From IMG/VR virus record IMGVR_UViG_3300005937_000013: 20,000 bases of DNA, one strand, 5' to 3'. The stretch is from an uncultured virus (IMG/VR IMGVR_UViG_3300005937_000013). Its lineage: Duplodnaviria; Heunggongvirae; Uroviricota; Caudoviricetes. Position 1 is the stretch's first letter; every line of letters starts with the position of its first letter. This document shows, piece after piece, positions 1 to 9,043 of the stretch. Position numbers and translations under genes: made by a program. The notes beneath the pieces are model-generated. The model was given only the letters and a program-made list of their open reading frames with translations. It searched no databases and was not told the DNA's origin.

Positions 1-38
1 TGGAGCCCCATCCAGGGCGAGCAAGAGAGAGGAGCGAG

Positions 39-431
39 ATGTACCAACCGACTGACCCGACCTACCGGTGTCTCGTCCACGGTCTTCCTGAGGTCGACTA
101 CGACACCCGGTGGTCCGAGGGTCCCGAGCCGAGCGTGGCCGAGCTCACCACGGAGCTCGTCCACCACCTGTGGGCGAAGCTCTTCGGTGAGCGCTGCCCC
201 AACGACTGGTGCGGCCACTGCTACGACGAGTACATGGTCCGGCACCACCCCCTCGGCATCGAGGACGTCAACCTCGAGGAGCAACACCAGATCGCCATGA
301 TCGAGGAGTCCTGTACGTGCGACCAGAACCCCCAGCTCGCGCGTCAACGAGCAAGAGAGGAGGCGAGAGCATGGGAGAGCGACCGGGCCTGGACGGCAGT
401 CTGGGCGAGAGAGCAGGCGAGGGGATGGTGA
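39..431 (+). CDS. Hypothetical phage protein (Cys/His-rich)
   Basis: ATG 4 nt after AAGAGAGAGGAG (23-34); high-GC3 codon usage. Confidence 0.8.
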   Translation: MYQPTDPTYRCLVHGLPEVDYDTRWSEGPEPSVAELTTELVHHLWAKLFGERCPNDWCGHCYDEYMVRHHPLGIEDVNLEEQHQIAMIEESCTCDQNPQLARQRAREEARAWESDRAWTAVWAREQARGW

Positions 432-607
432 ACGCCGAGCTCGAGCGGGTGGGGATCATCACCCGCGGACGCCGGCTGGCACTCGAGCTGGCCGACATCC
501 TGGACGAGGAGGCCACTCGTGGCATCTCCGTCCAGCACACCTACACCGTCACCACGCTTCCGACCATGAGGCGGGTTCGCGTCACGGTGGAGCTGGTCGA
601 TGGCTGA
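425..607 (+). CDS. Small hypothetical protein
   Basis: ATG425/GTG428 overlaps upstream stop; 3' part of ORF 209..607. Confidence 0.65.
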   Translation: MVNAELERVGIITRGRRLALELADILDEEATRGISVQHTYTVTTLPTMRRVRVTVELVDG

Positions 608-833
608 GCCGATCGACCTGGACAACTGGCCGAGCGGCTGGTGTGCCATCCACGACACGGTGGAGGCCAACGAGACCCAGCTGGCGGAGGCAGACACGGT
701 CTGCTTCGAGTGCGGGCACGTGTATCCCACCGAGGATGACCTGCTCGCCGAGTGGGTCAACCAGTTCGGGCCGACCGAGCGGGTAGCAGCGGAGATCATG
801 TTCTGTCCGCTCTGCCTCCACGACTTCCTGTAA
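600..833 (+). CDS. Small zinc-binding protein (CxxH, CxxC, CxxC)
   Basis: CAIH, CFEC, CPLC motifs; GGAG upstream. Confidence 0.8.
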   Translation: MAEPIDLDNWPSGWCAIHDTVEANETQLAEADTVCFECGHVYPTEDDLLAEWVNQFGPTERVAAEIMFCPLCLHDFL

Positions 834-896
834 CCGACAACAAGCGAAGGAGAAGGAACCACGGAACCCAGCGACGACAGGACGCCGAACGAGGTC

Positions 897-1136
897 ATGG
901 CAGCCGCCCAGGCCAAGCTCCGGCGTCCCCAGTACGGCACCATGGACCGAGACGCGATCTGGCGGGAGGCGTCCAACGTCCTCGTCCAGCACTTCGGATC
1001 ACGGTTCGACGTCCACGTCAACGACGGCAACCACGCCGTGACCATCATCGACCGAGCTCCGGGCAACCCGGACGAGGTCGGTGGGTCCCGGTGCGTCACG
1101 ATCCAGCACAACCGACGGGGCACGACCCCGTTCTGA
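897..1136 (+). CDS. Hypothetical protein (possible in-frame ACG start at 861)
   Basis: ORF track; fills gap in + strand gene string. Confidence 0.7.
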   Translation: MAAAQAKLRRPQYGTMDRDAIWREASNVLVQHFGSRFDVHVNDGNHAVTIIDRAPGNPDEVGGSRCVTIQHNRRGTTPF

Positions 1137-1151
1137 CCGAGGAGACCACCG

Positions 1152-1313
1152 ATGAGCAAGCAGGTGACGCGCGTCACCGTCAAGGCGGGTGGCATCACTG
1201 CCACGAACACGGCGGACCATCCCGTGAGGCGAGGCGACAAGCTCGGCATCCGGATCGTCCGACACGATGACGGCCGGATCACGGTCGCCGTCTACAACCG
1301 GGAGTTGGCATGA
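1152..1313 (+). CDS. 53-aa hypothetical protein MSKQVTRVTV... (not in ORF track)
   Basis: AGGAG SD at 1140-1144; ATGA overlap with next gene. Confidence 0.75.
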   Translation: MSKQVTRVTVKAGGITATNTADHPVRRGDKLGIRIVRHDDGRITVAVYNRELA

Positions 1314-1597
1314 CCGACGATCGGTTCGAGTACCTCCCACCCAACGCCGACCCAGACGATCCCACACGCGAGCTCGTGTGGGAACACGACCAGGGGCCGG
1401 TCTACATGGTCCTCAACCTCACCGCCGAGGACATCCGGGGCATCCGCTTCGCCCTGGCTGCTCTCCGGTCGGGTGAGATCTTCGCGGGTGCCCGGGACTC
1501 CTTCGAGCTCGGGTTGCGGATCCAACACATCGACGAGTTTCACGCCTCGGCGATCGAGCCGCTACATCCCGACGAGATGGACGCGGAGGCCGAGTAG
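1310..1597 (+). CDS. Hypothetical protein
   Basis: ATGA coupling; codon usage. Confidence 0.8.
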   Translation: MTDDRFEYLPPNADPDDPTRELVWEHDQGPVYMVLNLTAEDIRGIRFALAALRSGEIFAGARDSFELGLRIQHIDEFHASAIEPLHPDEMDAEAE

Positions 1598-1602
1598 GAG
1601 AT

Positions 1603-1631
1603 TTGCACGGTATCCAGGTGTCCACTACCAT
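1603..1631 (+). promoter_or_regulatory. SigA/sigma70-type promoter TTGCAC-17 bp-TACCAT
   Basis: Near-consensus hexamers, 17-bp spacer, intergenic, upstream of motif copy 1665-1676. Confidence 0.7.
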
Positions 1632-1683
1632 GGGTGGTGGATGGACCACAAGGTCCGAACGACAAAGAGAGAGGAGCGAGACC

Positions 1684-2187
1684 GTGAGAACGGTAGAGCT
1701 AGACGAGCTGGACGGCTTCACCAGCCGCTTCATGCACGTGGTCGTCGCGCACGATCCCTTCATGGATCCGTACGTGGCCGAGGGTGGGATGATCCGCACC
1801 GTGTTCGCGTGGGGTCACCCGGTCCTCAAGGTGACCGGCCCCGGGGTCATCATGGATAAGGAGACCGGAGGCGAGCAGCGCCCCGCGTCGTGGCAGTGGC
1901 TCGGTCTGGACGACGCCATCGAGCCGGAGGATCTCACCCGGCAGCGGGAGGTCGTGTCCAACCTCCTGGTCGACCTCGGCATGGTCGGCCAGGACTACGA
2001 GGACGACTTCGAGAACCTCGCCGGTGCGCTCGGTAACTACGAACGTGCCGAGGGGACGAGCACTCCGCTCATGACCCACGAGGCCATCGCGTTCGACACG
2101 TTCATCGAGCACCTCGGTGAGCACGACCTGCCGGCGTGGGTGGACACCATGGTCCACCGCACCCCACTGACGGAGGAGGAGCGGTGA
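1684..2187 (+). CDS. Hypothetical protein
   Basis: GTG 7 nt after AAGAGAGAGGAG; in frame with ORF 1603..2187. Confidence 0.8.
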   Translation: MRTVELDELDGFTSRFMHVVVAHDPFMDPYVAEGGMIRTVFAWGHPVLKVTGPGVIMDKETGGEQRPASWQWLGLDDAIEPEDLTRQREVVSNLLVDLGMVGQDYEDDFENLAGALGNYERAEGTSTPLMTHEAIAFDTFIEHLGEHDLPAWVDTMVHRTPLTEEER

Positions 2188-2576
2188 GGGCCACGTACGA
2201 GGTCTGGGGCGAGCAGCACAGCGAGCCGGAAGAGCGGCCCTACCACCGGCGTGCCGGGGCAGGCGTGACCGTCTGGAGCCGCGAGCACGAGAGTCACTCC
2301 TGGACAACGCCGAGTGCCCGCATCGCCCAGCTCACCGCCGAGCTCATCAAGGAGTACCTCGGCCACGGGACAACGGCGACCCAGACGCCGCACACCATGC
2401 TGCACGACCTCCAGCAGCTCGTCACGACGGCCCAGCGGTACGCGATGGAGTGGGCCGTGGACGACCACCTGGCTGGCGGTGCAGCAGACCTCGAGCCGGA
2501 CGACGGTGACGAGGAGGACGAGAAGGTGTCCTGGACCGATCCCTGGACGGAGGACGAGGGCTACCGGCCCACGTAG
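2184..2576 (+). CDS. Hypothetical protein, acidic C-terminus
   Basis: GTGA overlap; GGAGG SD. Confidence 0.8.
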   Translation: MRATYEVWGEQHSEPEERPYHRRAGAGVTVWSREHESHSWTTPSARIAQLTAELIKEYLGHGTTATQTPHTMLHDLQQLVTTAQRYAMEWAVDDHLAGGAADLEPDDGDEEDEKVSWTDPWTEDEGYRPT

Positions 2577-2595
2577 ACAGAAGGAGAGCGGGCGG

Positions 2596-2748
2596 ATGTT
2601 GTTCACGGCGGGACTGCTCGCCCTGTACCTAGCCTTCGAGCTGGTAGGGTGGCTACGAGACCGACGCAAGATCGCGCAGTGTGGGGACTGCGAACAGACC
2701 GACGGGGAAGTTCCCCTCGGACAAGAGAGAGGAGAAACGGAGACATGA
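2596..2748 (+). CDS. Small membrane protein (50 aa, N-terminal TM, CxxC)
   Basis: AAGGAG SD; MLFTAGLLALYLAFELVGWL hydrophobic stretch; ATGA overlap. Confidence 0.65.
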   Translation: MLFTAGLLALYLAFELVGWLRDRRKIAQCGDCEQTDGEVPLGQERGETET

Positions 2749-3248
2749 ACCTCCGAAAGCTAGCAACCAGCGGGCTCGTGGTGGGCGTCCTTGCCCTGGC
2801 GGGTGCCGCGTGTGGTACGGATGACAGCGACGACTCGGCAGCGAGTGCCGACACGACCGAGCAGGAGTCCACGACGACCACCGAGATCGAGGACCCCACG
2901 TCCACGGTCGAGGACTGGAAGGCGTCCGAGGACGGGCTGCTCACCGCCGACTGGGCGTACTACTCGGTGGGTCAGATGGATGCGCTCGCCGCAGCCGCCG
3001 CTGAGTTCGACGTGAGCCAGGTCATGAGCGTCGCGCTGGACACCCAGCTCGAGTACGAGACCACCTACAAGGACGTTCCCGAGGCGTTCGCCAACGCCCC
3101 GGACGAGGTCCTGAGCGAGGAGGGCCAGGCCGGCTACGCCGGGGTCCTCGCCGCGATGGAGGCGTACTCAGTCGGCGACATCGAGACCGGCAACCAGCTG
3201 CTCACCGAGAGCACGCAACACATCAACGCCGCTGCCGCGCGGCTGTAG
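2745..3248 (+). CDS. Putative lipoprotein
   Basis: Signal peptide MNLRKLATSGLVVGVLALAGAA-C, Ser/Thr/Asp linker; motif copy 2723-2734 upstream. Confidence 0.85.
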   Translation: MNLRKLATSGLVVGVLALAGAACGTDDSDDSAASADTTEQESTTTTEIEDPTSTVEDWKASEDGLLTADWAYYSVGQMDALAAAAAEFDVSQVMSVALDTQLEYETTYKDVPEAFANAPDEVLSEEGQAGYAGVLAAMEAYSVGDIETGNQLLTESTQHINAAAARL

Positions 3249-3268
3249 TTCTCATCGGTCTCCCAGGC

Positions 3269-3297
3269 TAGCTCACCGCTTTGTGGTGTGCTAGCTT
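3269..3297 (+). promoter_or_regulatory. Conserved phage promoter TAGCTC-17-TAGCTT (TGn extended -10, dyad symmetric)
   Basis: Matches repeated element at 5452, 8502, 10608, 11773. Confidence 0.65.
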
Positions 3298-3355
3298 GGG
3301 GAGATTGCCCCCCAGACCCCTGGGCGGCAAAGGCGAAACAGAGAGGACAGGCGGT

Positions 3356-3697
3356 ATGTCAAGCAAGGTGCGGGTAGCGGCCGCGGCGGTGGCTGCTCTT
3401 GCAATCCTGGGACTGGCGGCGTGTGGAGACGACGATGACGACGTCACCACGCAACCGGCAGTTCCGGCAGCTCCAGCTCCGGCAGATGTCTCGGGAAGCG
3501 ATCAGCATCTCGAGAACCTGGCGGATGACGGCGCAGTCAACGCGTTCGAGGCAGGCAACCAGGCCGCCTCGGATCGACTGCAGGGTCAGGCCGACCAGAT
3601 CGCCGAGGCTCAGGCCAAGGCGAAGGCGGCCCAGGCTGCCGAGGATCTCGAGCGTCAGGCTCACCTCGACGGCCAGGCTCGCACGTACGGCCAGTAG
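3356..3697 (+). CDS. Putative lipoprotein
   Basis: MSSKVRVAAAAVAALAILGLAA-C lipobox followed by GDDDDD. Confidence 0.85.
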   Translation: MSSKVRVAAAAVAALAILGLAACGDDDDDVTTQPAVPAAPAPADVSGSDQHLENLADDGAVNAFEAGNQAASDRLQGQADQIAEAQAKAKAAQAAEDLERQAHLDGQARTYGQ

Positions 3698-3706
3698 CCC
3701 CACGAC

Positions 3707-3751
3707 CGTAGGGCACCGGCCTCTGACGCCCTTCGGGGCTGGTGCCCTGCG
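3707..3751 (+). terminator. GC-rich stem-loop, putative terminator
   Basis: CGTAGGGCACCGGCC pairs with GGCTGGTGCCCTGCG (2 G-U); 10 nt after stop; no U-tract. Confidence 0.55.
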
Positions 3752-3826
3752 CCGGCTATCTGTCATGCGTGTGTGTTGGGTGGCCCGCGCAGGGAGGTTC
3801 CCTGCGGAAAGGTGCAACTAACGCAC

Positions 3827-5365
3827 ATGAAACGGAAACTGGTAGGAGGAGCCGCGATCCTGTTGCTGATCGTGGGTGCCCTCTTTGCGTCGTCGTGGTC
3901 AGCCGGAGCGAACCTCCCTGGCAACGACTTCGAGGGCAACGACGGCAACATCGCGGTGAACACTCCAGGCAACGTCGACTGGCTGACGGTCGATGACCCG
4001 ACGGTGGGCGTGGACCTGCCGACGGGCCAGACTGACAACTCGTTCGGGCAGGGCTCGAAGGAGGCCAACGTCAACGTCACCGTGGTCACTGGCTCGATCC
4101 CCAACTCCAAGGCCGACCTGGCCAGGTTCGGGGTCGCGTCACAGACCATCGACGACCAGACGTACCTCCAGCTCTTCTGGACCCGCGCCAACCAGTCCGG
4201 CACGGTGAACTTCGACTTCGAGCTCAACAAGCTCCAGCAGCCGGATCTCACCACCGCTGGACCTAAGACGCTGGTCCGGTCACCGGGCGACCTGCTCATC
4301 AACTACGCGTTGCTGGGTGGGTCACAGTCGCCGACGTTGACGGTGTTCACCTGGAACGGCACCACCTGGGCGGACGAGACGGTGCTCGGATCCTCCGTGA
4401 GCGAGGGCGCGATCAGCACAGCGACGCTGACCGACCCTCTGATCGGTGGGTCTGTCCCCGCGTCCCGGTTCGGTGAGGCGAACATCAACCTCACCGCGGC
4501 TGGGCTCATCGACCCCGATGAGTGCGAGGGCTTCAGCTCCGCGTACGTGAAGTCGCGGGCCTCCGGGATCAACTCGGAGATCAAGGACTTCATCGCTCCT
4601 CAGCACGTGAACATCTCGAACTGTGGCACGATCGTGATCGAGAAGGTGACGGATCCCAGTCCTGACCCGACCGACACGGCGTTCGACTTCACCCTCACCG
4701 GTGGGGACTCGGCCCTGAACGAGGCGTTCTCGCTGAAGAACGGGGAGAACTTCACCGCGGCGGGTGTCCAGGCGAGCGACGGCTACGCCGCCGCCGAGAC
4801 GGTGCCGGCCAACTGGGAACTGACGTCGTTCACCTGTGACGACGGCTCCCCGGTGACCAACATCGACGTGTCCGTCGGCGAGACAGTGACGTGCACGGCA
4901 ACCAACACGCTCCAGCAAGGTGCGCTCGTGATCCACAAGGACCGCAAGCACGCTGCCGCTGAGGGCACTGACCCGGTGCCTCATCCTGGCGTGAGCTTCA
5001 CCGTGTCCGGCGTGGCCGACCCGGCCGTGACCGATGACAACGGTGTGGCCTGCGTCGACGGCCTCCTGCCTGGTGACTACACGGTCACTGAGCAGGTGCC
5101 CGCGGGGTACCACAGCGCCGATGCGGAGCAGCCCTACACGGTGGTGAACGGCACAACCTGTGCCACCGCCACCGCGTTGGAGTTCCACAACACACCGCTC
5201 ACCGACGTCACGGTGAGCGTGAACTCCCAGGTTGATGGTGGCACCGCGTCCACCATCGACTGCGGTGATGGCCCGGTTGCGACCGACGCCAACGGTGATG
5301 GTTCCCTCACCCTGCCTGACCTCGAGCCGGGCACCAAGGTGTGCGAGATCGTCATCGATCCATGA
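3827..5365 (+). CDS. Secreted/surface beta-rich protein with SpaA/prealbumin (Ig-like) domains
   Basis: Sec signal peptide; GTIVIEKVT, VTDDNGVACVDGLLPGDYTVTE motifs typical of SpaA/Cna-B-like folds; no LPXTG. Confidence 0.75.
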   Translation: MKRKLVGGAAILLLIVGALFASSWSAGANLPGNDFEGNDGNIAVNTPGNVDWLTVDDPTVGVDLPTGQTDNSFGQGSKEANVNVTVVTGSIPNSKADLARFGVASQTIDDQTYLQLFWTRANQSGTVNFDFELNKLQQPDLTTAGPKTLVRSPGDLLINYALLGGSQSPTLTVFTWNGTTWADETVLGSSVSEGAISTATLTDPLIGGSVPASRFGEANINLTAAGLIDPDECEGFSSAYVKSRASGINSEIKDFIAPQHVNISNCGTIVIEKVTDPSPDPTDTAFDFTLTGGDSALNEAFSLKNGENFTAAGVQASDGYAAAETVPANWELTSFTCDDGSPVTNIDVSVGETVTCTATNTLQQGALVIHKDRKHAAAEGTDPVPHPGVSFTVSGVADPAVTDDNGVACVDGLLPGDYTVTEQVPAGYHSADAEQPYTVVNGTTCATATALEFHNTPLTDVTVSVNSQVDGGTASTIDCGDGPVATDANGDGSLTLPDLEPGTKVCEIVIDP

Positions 5366-5409
5366 TGTGGCGGGTGGACGCCTAGCTGTCGAGGCGGACA
5401 CCTTCTACA

Positions 5410-5445
5410 GCCACGGGGAGGGGCCCCCCCGCCTCTCCCCGTGGC
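5410..5445 (+). terminator. Stem-loop, putative terminator
   Basis: Perfect 11-bp inverted repeat GCCACGGGGAG/CTCCCCGTGGC after the large gene. Confidence 0.6.
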
Positions 5446-5451
5446 ACCACC

Positions 5452-5480
5452 TAGCACACCGAGAAGGGGGGTGCTAGGCT
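5452..5480 (+). promoter_or_regulatory. Conserved phage promoter TAGCAC-17-TAGGCT
   Basis: TGn extended -10; perfect dyad CCTAGCAC/GTGCTAGG; motif copy 5498-5509 downstream. Confidence 0.7.
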
Positions 5481-5516
5481 GGGGGTAGGAAGCCAACAAG
5501 AGAGAGGAGCCAAGCG

Positions 5517-5690
5517 ATGCAAGGCTGGAAGCACGTCCGTCTTAGCCCGAGGGCTAGGGCACGACAACTGGTGGGTGCGCTCGTCAGCGACCTGAAGGAC
5601 GAGTGGCCTGGTGACGGGTGGGCACCTGTGCTCATCCGCGTCCAGAGGGACGGGGTCAACTACTCCGTGAGGGTGGTGAGAGACCGATGA
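5517..5690 (+). CDS. 57-aa hypothetical protein MQGWKHVRLS... (not in ORF track)
   Basis: ATG 7 nt after motif; ATGA overlap with next gene. Confidence 0.75.
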   Translation: MQGWKHVRLSPRARARQLVGALVSDLKDEWPGDGWAPVLIRVQRDGVNYSVRVVRDR

Positions 5691-6025
5691 CTGAGCGACG
5701 CAACAACGACAAGGTGGCTAACGTCCTCGAGGCGGCAGCGTACATGATGGCTGACTCTCCCGAGGTGGAGCACCGCGAGAAGGCGAGCAAGCTCTTCGAG
5801 GCCGCCAGGATCATCGGGGACTGCCCCCAGGACTACCTCTACCCGGAGCTTGTTCCTGACGACCACCTTCCCCTCGAGGACAAGATGGTCGCGTTCATGA
5901 GCGAGATCGCGAGGATGGCCGATGGTCTGGACGGGTGGACCAACGGTGTCCTCCACCGCAAGGTCCGAACCTACGAGGGTCACCCGTACCACGTCATCAT
6001 CACGGACCTCGATCTGGGGGCCTAG
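5687..6025 (+). CDS. Hypothetical protein
   Basis: ATGA coupling; codon usage. Confidence 0.75.
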   Translation: MTERRNNDKVANVLEAAAYMMADSPEVEHREKASKLFEAARIIGDCPQDYLYPELVPDDHLPLEDKMVAFMSEIARMADGLDGWTNGVLHRKVRTYEGHPYHVIITDLDLGA

Positions 6026-6182
6026 TTGCCGTTGCCGTCGTACATCCCGACGAACAAGTTTCTGATGGAACGGGCGTTGCGCAACCTGCGTCACGGACCA
6101 GGGGAGTGCCCCACGTGTGACCAACACCGAGCAGCGCTCGAGCAGGCGATCTATAACTGGGACCATCCTGGTCTCGCGTCAA

Positions 6183-6208
6183 GACAACCCAAGGAGAGAC
6201 ATCCGATG
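6183..6208 (+). repeat. 26-nt leader repeat, copy 1
   Basis: GACAACCCAAGGAGAGACATCCGATG; 25/26 identical to 14037-14062. Confidence 0.85.
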
Positions 6209-6808
6209 GCTACCACAGCCGAACAGGTCCAGACTGACACCGACACCCCACCCAGGCGGGGTACCATCGCCTGGTACGAGCAGGAGGTCCAGCGACTCAA
6301 CGTCGCGCTCGAGCAGGCAAGGGACGTCGACGAGGACAGGATCCAGAACCTCGAGATCGACCGTTCCGACCTCCGGGAGGAGCTGCGACAGGAGCAGGCA
6401 AGCCGGGAGGCCCAAGACACCCGCATCGCCCAGCTGGACGAGATGGTCACCCAGCTCACCGCGGCGGTGACCGACAAGCAGGCTGAGCTCGAGGCCCAGA
6501 ACCAGCGCATCGAGCGGTTCACCACGATGCTCCACGATGAGGCTGACTCGCGGGGGCTCTGTTCTGACTATGATCGCATCGTCGCGCGGGCTGGACTCAT
6601 TCCCCGGAACCAGCAGTGGACCGTCGAGGTCAGCGTCGAGTTCGACATGACCCAGACCGTCGAGGCACGGGGTGAGGACCGGGTGCGCGAGATGGTCAAC
6701 GATGATGAGTGGATCAGGAACATGATCATGCGGGCGTTCGATCCCTACAACCATGGCACCACCTACGAGGATCTCGAGACCGAGGTCAGCGTCTACATCG
6801 CCGAGTAA
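6206..6808 (+). CDS. Coiled-coil protein (frame also open upstream to 6026)
   Basis: AAGGAG SD before ATG6206; heptad-rich E/Q/L/R region. Confidence 0.8.
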   Translation: MATTAEQVQTDTDTPPRRGTIAWYEQEVQRLNVALEQARDVDEDRIQNLEIDRSDLREELRQEQASREAQDTRIAQLDEMVTQLTAAVTDKQAELEAQNQRIERFTTMLHDEADSRGLCSDYDRIVARAGLIPRNQQWTVEVSVEFDMTQTVEARGEDRVREMVNDDEWIRNMIMRAFDPYNHGTTYEDLETEVSVYIAE

Positions 6809-6817
6809 GGAGAACCG

Positions 6818-6985
6818 ATGACACTGAACGACTACATCGCGGAGCTGGAGACGATCCGCGACCAGAACCCCGAGGCGGAGGACGCCGAGGTCACCGACGA
6901 GAACAACAATCCGTTAGGTTCTCCCGAGTGGTTCCCGGCCTCGGGTGATGAACAGGCCGCTGTGGTGGTGTGTGCCCATGCCTGA
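6818..6985 (+). CDS. 55-aa acidic protein MTLNDYIAELE... (not in ORF track)
   Basis: AAGGAG SD; fills gap. Confidence 0.75.
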   Translation: MTLNDYIAELETIRDQNPEAEDAEVTDENNNPLGSPEWFPASGDEQAAVVVCAHA

Positions 6986-7238
6986 GACCCCGATCAAGCG
7001 CCCGCTCAACGGGGAGCGGGTGCGGATCCTCTACCAGCTGTGGGGGCTCCAGAAGAAGCCGCGCGAGATGGTGGCCGTGTACGTCGCGTTTGACCTGGAC
7101 CGGCGGGAACACGTCCTCTCGGGCCGGCCCAAGTTCGGAACTGCTGTGGTCCACGAGAGGAACGTGATCGCGATGTACCACACCGAGCGGGACATCATGC
7201 AACCCGAGATCTATCGAGGAGCGTTGCCAAGGCCATGA
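6978..7238 (+). CDS. Hypothetical protein
   Basis: Overlaps neighbours; codon usage. Confidence 0.7.
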   Translation: MPETPIKRPLNGERVRILYQLWGLQKKPREMVAVYVAFDLDRREHVLSGRPKFGTAVVHERNVIAMYHTERDIMQPEIYRGALPRP

Positions 7239-7444
7239 TCGAGTACGACGACACCCTCTACGGCAAGGTGGGTGACCGGGTGCGTCTCACCAGGGAGGCC
7301 GGCGACGAGTGGCACAGGCTACACGCCGGAGCCACGGGTACCATCACCTACGTCGACGGGGTGGCGACCAGACACGTCGAGTGGGATGACGGATCCAAGC
7401 TCGGGATCCTACCCGACATAGACCGATGGGAGGTCATCGGATGA
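7235..7444 (+). CDS. DUF4314-like small beta protein
   Basis: GDRVRL...GATGTITYVD...HVEWDDGSKLGILPDIDRW pattern. Confidence 0.75.
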   Translation: MIEYDDTLYGKVGDRVRLTREAGDEWHRLHAGATGTITYVDGVATRHVEWDDGSKLGILPDIDRWEVIG

Positions 7445-7704
7445 GCGAGCAGAACAACGAGAACGTCCAGCACGTCGCTGAGCGGCGCCAGACTGCCATC
7501 GACGTCGTCATGGCCCTGGCCCTACCGGAGTCGGTCCACGAGGCCAACGCGGTGAGACTGGTGGGTGGCATCCTGATGGAGCGGGCCCGGATGGTGGACA
7601 ACGGTGACGAGTACGGCATCCAGATCTGGTGGCCCGACGGGTGGGTGAGCGAGTTCGACATCGGAGAGACCAAGTGGCGGGTGACGATCGAGGAGGTCGG
7701 GTGA
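7441..7704 (+). CDS. Hypothetical protein
   Basis: GGAGG SD, ATGA overlap. Confidence 0.75.
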   Translation: MSEQNNENVQHVAERRQTAIDVVMALALPESVHEANAVRLVGGILMERARMVDNGDEYGIQIWWPDGWVSEFDIGETKWRVTIEEVG

Positions 7705-7991
7705 AGCAACGCATCGAGGAGCTCGGCTGGGAGCTGGGTCAGACCGTGGTCCTGGGTGACCGGACCAGAGGCCTGTTCTACGTGGTCGAGGACCGCGGAC
7801 CGATCGAGGTCATCGAGATCACCCCCGAGGTGTGGCAGGCGATCGTGACGCTTAGGATCGCCAAGGACGCGAAGGAGTGGGAGGACGATCCCGCCATGCT
7901 CGACCAGCTGGTGCCCTACGCGGAGATCCTGGCCAGGGCCGAGGGTCACAGGGACCACGGGCTCGTGCTCGAGCGGGAACTGCGGTTGTGA
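7701..7991 (+). CDS. Hypothetical protein
   Basis: GAGGAGG SD, GTGA overlap. Confidence 0.75.
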   Translation: MKQRIEELGWELGQTVVLGDRTRGLFYVVEDRGPIEVIEITPEVWQAIVTLRIAKDAKEWEDDPAMLDQLVPYAEILARAEGHRDHGLVLERELRL

Positions 7992-8179
7992 GGATCTTTG
8001 TCCGGGTGGTCTGTACCGACTCCTCCGTCGAGGATCTTGACCACATCTCGAACATCAACGTTCGGGAGACCGGCGAGCTGTGGTTGTTCGAGGCACCGGG
8101 ATCAAAGCCGAGACGGCTGTTTCTTCCCGGTGAGTGGGAGTGGTTCGAGGCGAGCATCCTACAACGGGAGGGCGTATGA
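7988..8179 (+). CDS. Small hypothetical protein
   Basis: GTGA overlap. Confidence 0.65.
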   Translation: MRIFVRVVCTDSSVEDLDHISNINVRETGELWLFEAPGSKPRRLFLPGEWEWFEASILQREGV

Positions 8180-8292
8180 GCCAGAGGATCGAGTGCCCGA
8201 TCTGCCACGAGACGTTTGACACGTGGGCTGACCTCGAGCTGCACGTGCCGTGCCCAGACGAGAGGATGGAGAACGATGACGAGGAGGAGTGA
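8176..8292 (+). CDS. 38-aa single zinc-finger microprotein (not in ORF track)
   Basis: MSQRIECPICHETFDTWADLELHVPC...; GGAGG SD; overlaps both neighbours. Confidence 0.7.
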   Translation: MSQRIECPICHETFDTWADLELHVPCPDERMENDDEEE

Positions 8293-8504
8293 TGACCTGG
8301 CCGCGCGTGAGCATCATCGACGCACCTGACGGGATGTGCGCTGCCCAGGTCGAGATGGAGGCCGGGAGAACCACAGCTGACCGGGGACGTGGTGGCCGTG
8401 CTAGGTACCACGCCATCGGCAGGCCCGCCAACACCGAGGTCCAGGCTCTCCGTCACCTGATCGAGGACCTGACGATCGCCATCACAGGCGAACAACCCAT
8501 CTAG
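8292..8504 (+). CDS. Small hypothetical protein
   Basis: TGATG coupling; stop TAG is the start of the next promoter. Confidence 0.7.
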   Translation: MTWPRVSIIDAPDGMCAAQVEMEAGRTTADRGRGGRARYHAIGRPANTEVQALRHLIEDLTIAITGEQPI

Positions 8505-8530
8505 CTCACCGCCACCCCACCTGCTAGGGT
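8502..8530 (+). promoter_or_regulatory. Conserved phage promoter TAGCTC-17-TAGGGT
   Basis: Repeated element; motif variant at 8541-8554. Confidence 0.7.
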
Positions 8531-8561
8531 GGGGTAGGCCAAGAGAGAGAGGAGCCGTTAG

Positions 8562-9041
8562 TTGGCCGACAACATGCCCGTGACGTGTCAGCTGTGTGGA
8601 GAGCCCTTCCCCGACAAGGACGCGATCTGGGACCACGAGTGTCCTGAGTGGGACCGGATACGAAGAACGGCGATGCCCACACTGGCTGCGTACCGAAACC
8701 TCATCCACTGGTATGAGAACGCGCCCGGACCAAGGTGGGCGAAGAGACTCATCATGTGGGGCGTGAGACAGGCAGTGCCCGAGCGTGAGGATCCTGAGCT
8801 GATTGACGCTCTCCTCAAGCTCCGGCCCAGACAGGTGTTTCGGATGGAGAGGAGACGCGCGAGATGGGGTCTCATCGACACCGGAGCAAGAGACGATCTC
8901 GACAAGGCAAGGCGCCAGTTCGAGATCGAGACCGAGCTAGAAGGGAGAGCCGATGACGACTGGCACGCCGCAAGGCGTACCGTGGATGGGAGACGGAGAC
9001 GAAAGCGACTCCGCAGCATCCAGGGCGGGCGGCAGGAGTAG
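8562..9041 (+). CDS. Zinc-finger-containing basic protein
   Basis: TTG 7 nt after motif; CQLC..F..HEC; Arg-rich tail. Confidence 0.75.
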   Translation: MADNMPVTCQLCGEPFPDKDAIWDHECPEWDRIRRTAMPTLAAYRNLIHWYENAPGPRWAKRLIMWGVRQAVPEREDPELIDALLKLRPRQVFRMERRRARWGLIDTGARDDLDKARRQFEIETELEGRADDDWHAARRTVDGRRRRKRLRSIQGGRQE

Positions 9042-9043
9042 CC

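Noticed and set aside
352..367. CAAGAGAGGAGGCGAG motif-like sequence
   Set aside because: Degenerate and inside a coding region; the ATG371 reading is not convincing.
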